The position numbers and the translations under genes were made by a program. Shown piece by piece: positions 13,294-25,100 of a stretch of DNA of 64,000 nt (positions are counted from its first letter, which is position 1; each line of letters opens with the position of its first letter). The DNA is taken from assembly GCA_040954595.2 (NCBI GenBank), contig CM082591.2:6656607-6720606 (forward strand). The letters run 5' to 3'. The notes below the pieces were generated by a model. The model did not search any database. It was not told the DNA's origin and saw only the letters and a list, made by a program, of their open reading frames with translations. Source of the stretch: Balanoglossus misakiensis. Its lineage: Eukaryota > Animalia > Hemichordata.

Positions 13294-13456
13294 GACTCGG
13301 CCGGGCGGGAAAAATGTGTCAAAAATCAACGACTCGGCGGGAAAAATGTGTCAAAAGTCAACGACTCGGCCGGGCGGGAAAAATGTGTCAAAAATCAACG
13401 CATTTTGTGCGGCCGGGCGGGCGGGAAAAAATGTGTCAAAAAGCAACGCATTTTGT
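13294..13456. repeat. Short tandem minisatellite, about 4 copies of a ~35-bp unit (GGCCGGGCGGGAAAAATGTGTCAAAAATCAACG)
   Basis: Direct reading. Confidence 0.85.
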
Positions 13457-14537
13457 ATTTTTGTTCTGGGTAATTGAATTTATTAAGTAGTTAAGCTGGC
13501 CGGCCGCTATTCTTTAATGTGTTCAATGTTAGAGTTTGTCGAATCCCACTGGGTTATCTTCTACCCCATACAAACAAAAACTAATCATATGTCTCCCTGG
13601 GATGCCGCTAACCCGGCAACATATGTGCGCGCACATTCTCTGGCAGAAAATACCCTGATCTCCTGTGTCTTCAGTGTCAGAAGCGTTAAAGCCTCATGAT
13701 TTTATTTTCCAACTTAAAGTGGTCCATCTAAATAAGCTTACATTTACTTTGTATGGGGTACATGAACACATTATCGATGCCCGATTGTGACTGCATGTTG
13801 CAATTTGAACATGCTCTAGAGCTGCCAAATTTCACATATTTTTTCCACAATAAAATACTTCAAATCTTCTCCTTTAGAATCTTGACCATTAAGCCGTATT
13901 GCTTGTATTGGCATCAGTTTGTCATCTCTTGGCGACACATTCCACGATAGCTGCGTACTGTTTGTATGGAGGCAGATTAAATCGGTACGGCACCGTTTTA
14001 ATACATAGCATTTTCAAATCGCTACATACAACCACATCGGGCGTCGTTCATGTACACCTCTCAGTAAGCGTATTTCGATGTACCAATCTAAGTTGGAAAA
14101 TACAATCATAACGCAAAAAATGGCAGCTCTAGAGGCTTTAAGCAGAAAAAAACACGGGATCTGGGCGAACGAATACCGAAGGGCGACAGGCTTGCTCTGT
14201 GAATCGGCCTGTGAAGCTATTTATTGAAACCAATTTGCAGAGCGCCCAAGCCAACATTCTCAAAATAACGCCAATAAATTGCATTAGTGGGATATATGAT
14301 ATTTGTCTGCAATAATAACACACTGATAGACCCGAACCTTGACATATGCATATTTGTCTAGATTAGTTATACACACTACAATAACTCTCCGCCGGGCATA
14401 ACGACACTGGCTCACTAACTAAGTGTCACCACTGTGTGTCACTCACAACATATTACAGATTGTCAATTGCCTTGATCTTCACACATACGCGCACGCACGC
14501 TCGCAGGCGCGCAAACAAATACAATACACATGGACAT

Positions 14538-14538
<1 letters not shown>

Positions 14539-14616
<78 letters not shown>

Positions 14617-14672
14617 CTTAGATAGATGGATGGATGGATGGATGGATGGATGGACGGACGGACGGACGGACG

Positions 14673-14718
<46 letters not shown>

Positions 14719-14729
14719 TAGATAGATAG
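14539..14729. repeat. Compound tetranucleotide microsatellite GATA-GGAT-GGAC-AGAC-GATA
   Basis: Direct reading. Confidence 0.95.
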
Positions 14730-15160
14730 TTGGATGTTATATACACAATAGATGCTGAAGATGAAATTATTTCTTTTCTATCATTTTTTTAATTCTGACA
14801 AACTCTCATCATGTTCAATGATATATCATGCCAGGTGTTTTTCATTGGAATCGTCTTTCATTTCATCTCTCCTGTAGAGTCGATTTGCTTTGATCGGAGC
14901 AAAATAAAGACGGCGACGAAATTAATTGATGTTGACAAGTTAATAACTGCGCGGTGTTTCATAAATTTGATCCTCGCTGCCGTCACGGTAAAATGTGACT
15001 ATGCGTAGATGCGTGAATGCCGTTTTCCATGGTGAAATGTATAGGAAGGGGAAGAGAATAGGATTTGGAATACGAAATGAATCTCAAATAATTTTCGGTC
15101 GTATACGCCGGGTTGATTGATATCACGGTCACTCCACAGTGACGTGCTGATATCAATTAA

Positions 15161-15508
15161 AGGTCCACAAGCTGTGTATTTTCCCTACAATTTCAGTATG
15201 TGTGTTTTGTGTTGCTACTGCAGTTTCTTGTCCAAATTCATGAAACGTGATTACATGCCTAGCATTTAGCTTATCAATGCAACAGGTATGTGTATAGTAA
15301 GCATTGTTATTGTGCAAAATTTGAATTCAGGTCCGCACTAGAATTCATTTGACAACAATAACATTGGCCATTATTACACACATACGGGTTATGATGATAA
15401 GTGGAGTACTGGGTATCGGAATGCTGTATGGAGTAGAACAAGAAATCACATTTAGTACACACAACAAAAATACTGAAAATTTAGCCAAAAGTTACATCTA
15501 ATGTCCCT
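15161..15508. mobile_element. TTAA-flanked MITE family B (Kolobok/T2-like)
   Basis: TTAA|AGGTCCACAAGCTGT...TTACATCTAATGTCCCT|TTAA. Inverted homolog of 5931-6290. Confidence 0.75.
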
Positions 15509-16559
15509 TTAAGCATCAATGCATGTCTAAACAGTGGCATTTACACAGGGAAAGCCACCTACGTAAATCCCTGGGAAGTGAATGCATTGTTTTGAGTACA
15601 CAGAATAATGCAATCTTCGCCTGCTGTCAACGAGTTCTCACTGACAGCACATCATTCACCGGGTTTGAGACACCGATACTGGCGCACGTAAAATGGATGG
15701 TCGTTCTGTCAAAGTTCTGACACCCACCGCTGTTCCACGACAGACTCGTCTTACTTACGAAAATTTCCAGCATTTTGCCAAGATATCTAAAAGCCATTCT
15801 CCCTTCTTTAGTTTTTATGAGAGGGGGCACATGTTTTGCGATCGGCCGTTGGCCAGAGAGATCTTACTTTTATTCCGGGTAAATTAAATTACCATCGGGT
15901 CGACATTTATGACATTTGATATTAAGATATGTCGCTATTAGAAAACTATTTACCAAACTTCTCTCTCTCTCTTTTCAATTTGTACACAGTTTCAGCAGGT
16001 CCAGCACTTTTCAGCATTTTTTTTTTATGTTTGAGGCTGCAACCATCATGCATCGCTTTCTGCCTCAAATCGGCCATCTTTCCCCGGAGATTTTTCTATA
16101 GTATTTCCCCCGGACCCTCCTTCTGGAGTGGCCAGCGGAAGAAGCAGAGGGGTCTGGGTAACCGATGCTATCAACTTGACAGGTCAGGTTGGAATAGAGA
16201 ATACTGATAACAGGTCATCAAGAATCAGATAGTCTGCCGCCAATTTAATATCGGCGGCGAGCTGCGTGCTTACGTAGTCACTTTGGAATGTTCTCTCCTG
16301 TCGTGACGTGTACATTGACTGTAGAGGGCGCAATCATCTTACTGATAGTGTCATACTTAGAACAACGTTTACAGGGGGTGCTATTTCAGTCACCCAATTA
16401 ACAAAATATTCGTCACGAGACTGACAGACAAAGGACTTCTCACTCTCTCTATATATATATGTACGAACACCAATCAACGGAATTCACTTACGTAACGAAT
16501 AGATAGCAATTATATGCTAATCTTCGAAACGCATATACCACAGGGAATTGAGTAATCTT

Positions 16560-16603
16560 GATGTTGTTGTTGCTGTTATTGTTGTTGTTGTTGTTGTTGA
16601 TGT

Positions 16604-16656
<53 letters not shown>
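16560..16656. repeat. (GTT)n-(GAT)n compound trinucleotide repeat
   Basis: Direct reading. Confidence 0.93.
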
Positions 16657-16658
<2 letters not shown>

Positions 16659-16910
16659 ATTTTAAAAAGAAATATATGTGTCATTTCTTGCTATTGTTTG
16701 TCGATGTTGTAGATAACTGTAAAAGAACACCATAATCGTGGAAAACACAACCTAGGTCTTATACGGGAGTGACGTTGGCGGAACTTTTTTTATAATTAAT
16801 CGAACTACGAAATACAGGTGGCCTCCATGAACAAAAATCAGTTTTCTGGTGTTGGCCATGATAATGGCCACATCTTTCTAACCTTCTCGAACCCTCGTGT
16901 ATCCATCCAC

Positions 16911-17332
16911 TTTTTTTTTTTTTTTTTTTTTTTTATTTATTGCAGAGAAAAAAAGGGAATACAAAGCAAGGGAAGTCAAAAACACAAAAACAAAAGGAAA
17001 GTGAGGGCAAAGAGCAAAAACAAATAAAAAACAAGAACAACTATTGTCATAATCGAGAATCTGAAGACATCACAGTGGCAGGATTACTTTCAATTTATCG
17101 TGAAAAAGATTGATTTTTCCATTTTTCTTTGCAATATTTTTGTCTGAGATTACAATACTTTTAACTTTTTCAATGAAAACAGCAAGAGACGGTTTCTCAT
17201 TTAAAAAACGAATTGCATATAAATGGTACTTGGCTACAATTAATAAATGGTTTAATAGTGAGTTTCTGTTTTGAGGAAGGACACCAAAAAGGACATCTCG
17301 ACAAGAAAGTTTTGTTTTAGACTGGTAGAATT
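16911..17332 (-). mobile_element. 5'-truncated L1/Tx1-type non-LTR retrotransposon with poly(A) tail and TSD
   Basis: Poly(T) at 16911-16934 on +, AATAAA on - at 16936-16941. ORF2 C-terminal-like peptide DVLFG...LLNHLLIVAKYHLY...KNIAKKNGKINLFHDKL. TSD TGTATCCATCCACTT at 16898-16912 and 17333-17347. Confidence 0.88.
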
Positions 17333-17361
17333 TGTATCCATCCACTTACACAGTCACCTAA

Positions 17362-17625
17362 GGCCAAAAAATACAAAAATACTACATAGGTAGGTAGGGA
17401 TTTTTTTTTTTATTTTGCAATTTTTATATATCTTTGGCCGCCGTAGTGTAGAAGAATGATGACGTCATAGTTCTTGCGTGATTCTCGCAATTTTTATGAA
17501 TTTTGTATATTTGACATCGTTATTTTACTTCCGGTTTACGAAGCTCTAAAAAGTTTAGGGTCGGCGGGTTTAAATTAGATTAGGTCAGGTATTTGGAACA
17601 GCACATATTTTTTTCCTATTTGGCC
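17362..17625. mobile_element. PIF/Harbinger (Tourist-like) MITE
   Basis: TAA|GGCCAAA...TTTGGCC|TAA with a 3-bp TAA TSD. A second degenerate copy is at 18550-18821. Confidence 0.75.
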
Positions 17626-18549
17626 TAACCATGTACCCGCCATCCACCCATCATGCCGATCTGTCTCTCTCTATATATATGTCAGTGTCATACACTCTAC
17701 CTTTCATGAATAAAACTTTAGACCAATGATATGCTTACATAGATAGTTTATTTGTTTAACAGTTCCAGATAACATGCAATCCACTATCATCAAAGAAAAC
17801 CGCAACCAAAAAATGTTCACAACAGTGAAGAAGTTATAATCTTCTCACGTTTCTCTGGGATAAGGTGGTTCCTAGTTCAGTTTTGCTGGATATAACACGA
17901 AAAAAAAGAAGTATTAGGAATATTTAGAAGAAATTAATGTAGACAATACTAATTTAATTCACAAAACAACCTGCTTGAGTAGACGGATGGGCAAAATATT
18001 TCCTACATGACTACAAACAATAGTAATAATGACAAAATTCGTAAAACTAAATTCAAGAATTCACATACAATTTCTAAAGTCGACCAAAAAATCAGAAAAA
18101 TGGCCGAATACAGCTAGAGAACATGCTTTATTATAGTGTTGAGCGATCATCCTTGTGAAATGGAGGCGTTCCTCAAACATTATCAAAATACATTTAGACA
18201 ACAATAATCTATTCTCACAACAACCTGCCTTATTAGACAAAAGAGTCAAATATTACCTCGATGACTACATACGACGGTATTTACACATATAAACACAATT
18301 CAAGAATTCGCTAGTCTATTTTTCTTTGGCTATGTCTACACGGCATACGGTATTCATATTAAACCTCGCTATTTTTGAAAAACAATTAAAATTACAACAT
18401 GACAAATAGGAGTTTTAGCATCGAAATTTGTGGTATTTTCAATTAACATATATAAACCCGCATTTTCGTTTACCATCTATGTGTCCGTCTTTTTTTATCA
18501 CGTGTTACCCATTAATCAAGATATATTTGGCTTGCAATTGTGTTGATAA

Positions 18550-18821
18550 GGCAAAAAAATAATATGTACTGTTAGGTAGGGAAAGTTTTTTATTTTGCGA
18601 TTTTTTTTAATTTCCCTGGCCGCCGTAGTTTAGAAGAGTGACGTCAGAGTTCTTGCATGATGCGCGCGATTTCGTCAGAGTTATCACGTGATCAAATATT
18701 GTATATTTGACATCGTTATTTGTACTTCCGGGTTTACAAAGCTCTAAAAAGTTTAGGGTCGACGGGTAACAATTAGGGTTAGTCGGGTAATCGGAACAGC
18801 GCATATTTTTTTATTTTGACC
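18550..18821. mobile_element. Second, more degenerate copy of the Harbinger-like MITE
   Basis: Shares GTAGGTAGGGA, GGCCGCCGTAGT and AAGCTCTAAAAAGTTTAGGGTCG with 17362-17625. Confidence 0.7.
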
Positions 18822-19005
18822 AAAATAAAACTGGTGATATTTCACTTTAAACGTCGTGAGTTCTTTGCGCTGATATCTGGAAAAGTTTTTATGAACATTG
18901 GTCTTGAATGTAAATAAATATAACCCGTAACATAATAAGCTGGTAGGCCCTAAAGTTCTGAAGGTCCACATAAAATAAAATTTATATTTAAAAAAGAAAG
19001 CAATC

Positions 19006-19133
19006 TTAAAGCAATGGTCGGCTGCCACAGTCGTCGCAGTCAGTTGCATAACCACATACACGGGTCAGCGAACCAGGGCCACCATCGTCACATTCGCCAT
19101 CTCCATGGTAAAGGCATGAATTCTGGCACCAAC
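19006..19133 (-). CDS. Terminal exon of the lectin gene: Cys-rich CDDGG module
   Basis: Acceptor ctcttttatatag|GT. Encodes [42 protein letters not shown]. Not in the ORF track. Confidence 0.8.
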
Positions 19134-22100
19134 CTATATAAAAGAGGGATACACATTGCTAGTAAGTAAAACTTACTACCACATATCGGTAATATATGGG
19201 CAGTACACTAGGAAATCGGATAGATATTTCAGTATCATTTAAGCAGATTTTACTGGTGTTATCCTTGTTATTTGATGACTTGACCAATACTGAATATACA
19301 GACGGCACTTTTGACCTCGGTTTGCTAATTCTAAAATTGTCTGAGAAGAATGTGTAGAACGGATTATCAAAAGAATTTTTTTAAATATAAAAAAATTGAA
19401 ATAAAAAATAAGCATTTTTTCATACGCAATTAATCTCACCATGAAAACATGCGTTCATGTGGATGTGTAAGTACTTGTAAAATTCTCGTTGCCTGTGTCG
19501 ACACGGGGGGGGGGGGGTATCATTATTGACAGTGATTAAAGGGACAAAGTCTCTCTCTCGCTGCCCCGTTTTCCATTAATTATGTTTGATACAAGACACT
19601 GTTTATGTTAATGTACATGTGGATATATAGTGAATCAATGATCAACCACACAAAACTTCTATCCCACTTGTATGATATGAGAGTAAAAACTCGCCCAAAA
19701 TGAATAAATGGTAAAGAACGATTATTCATTCTGGCGAGTTTTTTCACTCTCCTGTCTATAAGGGGGATGGAAGTTGTGTGTGGTTGAACGTTCATTTACT
19801 ATATATCCACATGTAGAATAACAAACGGTGTCTTGTATCAAATATAATTAATGGAAAAAAGGGCAACGAGAGAGAGACTTTGTCCCTTTAACAAAGGCTA
19901 GTGCATACTGAGACTGAGCAAATACAAAAAAAATCAAGGAGAACCAGCATGGTACTTGTAGTTACCTAATGTGTGTATCAACAAGTGGGCAATAAAATAA
20001 TAATACATATTCGACATTACCTGGCTGACATATGAATGGTCGCAGTGCACTACATGGAATATCGTCCCAGTTGTGTCCCCTTGACGCCCTGTGCACAAAG
20101 AATACAAATCAATATTTAAAGGAGAAATTCTTACCAGCCTAAAATCACATTGCACTGGTTCTTACTTGAGTCGTCCTCACTTCTGAGGCAAAATTTTGAC
20201 GTACAATGCATGCGTTTCTGAAAATGGCGCATAACAAATAGCCTAGCAGGGCTGCAGGGCAAAATGAACAAACCCCTGTGCGGCCATCTTGGCCACTGCA
20301 TGCTGGGAAAAATACCCTGATGATGACGAAAAAGTTTCGGGGTATCGTGCTGTGCTAGGGGTCCCATAACTAGGCGGCCATAGGTATGGTCCCAGCTGAG
20401 AATAAAGACTACACTTAAACCACGTGAGTTGGAATTTCCATGATATTATGTTTGGGAAATAGAGACGCACAGGATATGCTGTGTAGGGCTTTGAACCAGG
20501 CTTTGGGGGGAAATTCTGAATGGCGGAATGCGCCAGCAGGTTGTGGTGAAGATCACAATAGAAGATATAAATTATATGTGTAACTTTTATATCACACATG
20601 TATCTTTGTTTCAACGAATGAATTTAAGTTAAGCAGCAGACCTCTTAAGAAAACAAAACAAAACTATCAAATGGATGTCAAATATCATACTTTTTAACAT
20701 GGTGTCAGCTACAACACGATGTCATAATCCCCACTCACATCAACTGATAATCGCATAAACGCCTCAGAGTAGATATTTTTAACCATATATGGATTCTTTC
20801 ATTTACTCACCACATTTGTAGACAGGGACCAAAGCCATCGGGTTCTCCACACTGCCAGGGTTGGTAACTACCCAACGGCATGCCTTCCGTTGTCATCCAA
20901 GCACCGTTGGAGTCTTGCTGACCGTTTAACCAGATGTCTGTATTGCCAAAGTTGTTCATCCGGAGATGTGCTATTATTGACGCGTGCTTTTCCTTACTTG
21001 TATCTTTCACAAGAGTCATACCACTGGCCTCACATGTTGACCGGGCATCGTAGAAGTTTTTCGAGCCCTTGAATAACTTCATAGCGTAACCTTTAAATAT
21101 AAATTATATCTATATTGAAAACATCCATCCATCCATCCAACCATGCATGCATACATACATACATACACGCATACACGCATACACGCATACATGCATACAT
21201 ACATACATACATACATACATACATACATACATACATACATACATACATACATACATGCATACATGCATACATACACGCATACACGCATACACGCATACAT
21301 GCATACATACATACATACATACATACATACATACATACATACATACATACATACATACATACATACATACATACATACATACATACATACATACATACAT
21401 ACATACATACCTACATACCTACATACATACATACATACATGCATGCATACATGCATACATGCATACATTCATACATACATACATACATACATACATACAT
21501 ACATACATACATACATACATACATACATACATACATACATACATACATACATACAGCTGTCAACCACCTTAAAAAGTTACTACGGCCCACACGTCATACG
21601 TCACAACATGGCTACTGCCATGATCCCAGGGCGCACGGTTCAAATTTGAAATCGTTTTTCTCGGCGTATTTTCGCAAATCATACTGTTTTATAGGTAGGC
21701 ATGTATGATAAAGGGGTTATTACACGACTTTTGGTCGATAACGCGACGCATTCTCGTGATGTCCGTATTTTGACACGTTGCGAAGCGCAACTCGTCAAAA
21801 TACGGGCATCACTCGAATACGACGCGTTATCGACCAAAATTCGTGTGATAACCCCTAAGTATCCATGAAAATATCGGCTGATATGTGTTTATGCATATGT
21901 CAGATCATTGAAATCCCTTCTCTACTTACGCTGACAGGAATCAAACTGTACACAGGCAGGACCAACGTGGTTGTTTGGAGTGTGCCAGAACCAGTTAGAG
22001 TGGGCTGTCGGTGACACTTCGACGCAGATATGAGAGAAACTCTCGCACTTTCTTTGGGACAGGTCAAAACTTAGCGTGATCGCGAAGTTGATAAGCGCAT

Positions 22101-25100
22101 TTGTACGAAAGGTCATGTGATCCGCTGGTAAGTTTGCTTCAACTCTGTCACCGTTGATCGAGCCGGTCAAGAACGCGTCGACTTTCAGCAGATCCACCAG
22201 TTGACCAGACAGCAATCCTGTACTGTGAGATGCTGTGGCGATTGTAACTGACAGATAGAAATCATTGGGTACTCCCGTAACAACATCAACGGCACCGCTA
22301 ACTTGCAACGGACTTGCATGGGCCACTTGAACTAAATGGAAGGAATACAGGAAAACGTTTCTTAGTCTATGGATCATTTCTGTTTATCGTTAGGCACTCA
22401 GAACACGGTATATGGCCAAAGAAGTGGTGTCTGGTTATATAAAATAGTGAAGTCACAATGCCTCATAGACCATGGAGAAGCTGTATGGTGGCACCTACCA
22501 TAAATATCAATCTTTAAAGGGACAAAGTCTCTCTGTCGCTGCCCTTTTCCCATTAATTTAATACTAGTATGTTTGATACAAGACACCGTTTATGTTATTC
22601 TACGTATGGATATATAGTGAATCAATGTTCAGCCACACTCACCTTCCATCTCGCTTGAAGACACGAGTGTGAAAAAACTCGCCGAAATGAATAATCGGTG
22701 TGTACCATTTATTCATTTTGCCGTTAGTTTTACTCTCATATCCTACAAACGGGATGGAAGTTGTGTGTGGTTGAACGCTCATTCACTACATAAACACATG
22801 TACATTTATACATAAACTGTGTCTTGTATCAAACATAAGTAATGAAAAAAAAGGCAGCGAGAGAGAGACTTTGTCCCTGTAACTCAAAAGGAAGCCATAT
22901 ATAGGATGTGGTACAATTTACTGGAATTGTTGATAAACTGCTCGTACAATCACCAGAATGTCAAGGGAAATGTTAAAGAAGGGAGTACCAGTCCTATCTG
23001 TTGGCTTAGTATTAGGTATGCAAATTATGAGTTCAAGTGTCAAATAATTTACGTGTTCCATCCCCCAAATTCCAAGGCAGTATACCTGAGTGGAGGCTAA
23101 GATATGGAAAAAAGGTCGCCCAGAGGTCACCCACAAATTTGTCAAAAAATGTTGATCCAAACCTAATCCATATCCAACGACCAATGGGAAGCTTCATGCT
23201 ACATTTCTAAGAAATTCTGCCAAACACTTTCAGAGAAGAAGATTTGTGGACACATTTTCGTCCCATAAATGAACATATTCATTAAAAACTGCATCTACTT
23301 ACTCGTAAGCTCAGAATTAGATACGCACAAATTTAATGAGGGCAACTTGGGTCAAGGGGGTCCTGAAATTAACCATCCAATTTGAGTACCATCTCAAGCC
23401 CTTCTGGCAAGCCTAGAATTGGATATTCACATGGTCCAAAACACTAATAATTTAAAAGTATCAATGAAAATATCGTTAAAATGATTGTCACTTTACCGAT
23501 ACACGTTCCATGCACTGTCAGACAACCTGAAAGAACGTCGCCTCCTGACCATTTCCATGGAAATCCGGAGTTTCCAAGAGGGAATGCATCGATGCAAATA
23601 AACTTGACGTCGTCACAACCGATATCAACCAAGTCTGTTTCCATGAAAGTCAGGTTATACATGGATATTAATATGTACGGTGAGACAGACAAGGTACCGG
23701 AAGTGACGTTGGTCGGTGTTGCCGTTACCAGAGCTGGGTCTTCCTTCAAGTTGGTAGTTTTCAGGTTCAAATTCATGCCGAATATATGCTTAATTTCACT
23801 GGAGAACTGTGCTGTGTCCTGTCCAATCGCTATGCTAACGTCGAGGGTAAAGCGTTTCGATGAACCCATGACGAGGTCAACATTGCTGTTGGAACTAACA
23901 CTCACATCGAGAGATAGTCCGTCGATTTGATCTGAAGAAAAAAGGACAGCTAAACATATATCTGATGACCCAATAATCATATGCCTGCCAGCTTCATGTT
24001 CTATAGACAATTTATCTAAACATGTGCATCTGCTACAAATGCACACCAGAATGCTACATGAGAAACTAAATGTGTGGAGTTGTATATCTACAAGGAATCA
24101 AACGAGTAAGGTTACCCTGAAATGATTACATCTCTGAAGCTCAGATTACTGTTATAAACCATGATTTTAATTCTAACTCACGTGTACACGTCGTCACCAC
24201 AACACAGTTTGTGATACACCAGTCTTCGTAAAGCCACAAGAAGGGGGCGTCCTTCATAGGAGAAATGTCGGCGCATACATACGGGTACGTTGCACAGCCC
24301 ATATCACGGAGGTCGTAGGTTGCCGTCAGGTTTTCCATGTTCACGTTGGAATCTGGAAGAATGACGGCCATTGTTGGCGAGATATGATCAGCTAATACTT
24401 TCTTCGAGTGTGGATGCCCTGTTGCATTGGCGGAGAAGTAGAGCTGAACGTCGAATAAGTTATCCTCCATACTTGTGTAGATTCCCGTATCATTTCCGAG
24501 GTACAATTTAACGCCAATGCATAACAACTGTGATGTTCCCATGATTAAGTTCATGTCTGCAAACACTTGCATATCAATTGGATCAATGGGGTCTGCGAAG
24601 AAAAGATGAAAAACCATTATGTATGAACATGGCATTGTGCATTGAAAACTTCCTGGAAATGGGTTATCCATGATTCTTAAGGCGGTACATTGCATGTAAT
24701 GAGTATTAAATGTTCCGAGTGATAGCTTATGTGTTTCTTAACCTGCAAAATAGAGTCAAGCAAGTGTTGATATGGTCCAAAAACATCACTTGAATGTACA
24801 CACGTGGTAACCATAATCTTATCATGACCTCCATCTGACGTTGGATAGGGGATGTGGGAACGCCACGACCTATAAATCATCATTATTGAACTTTAAATTT
24901 ATACTCACAGAGACAATCTCCTATCTTTACACAGGCAGTTCTCTTCACGTCCTCTGTCCACTGCCAAACTTCTGTGTCAACTGGATAAATCTCAACACAA
25001 ATGAAGTTGTAACGGTCGCACTGTATAGGATCGAAGTTGGCCTGAACATCAGACAGCACAGCCATATGATTAGAAAGTGTGACGTCATGTCCGGGTACAA

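Noticed and set aside
21079-21708. MYVC/HTYI repeat ORFs
   Set aside because: Stop-free (CATA)n microsatellite inside an intron.
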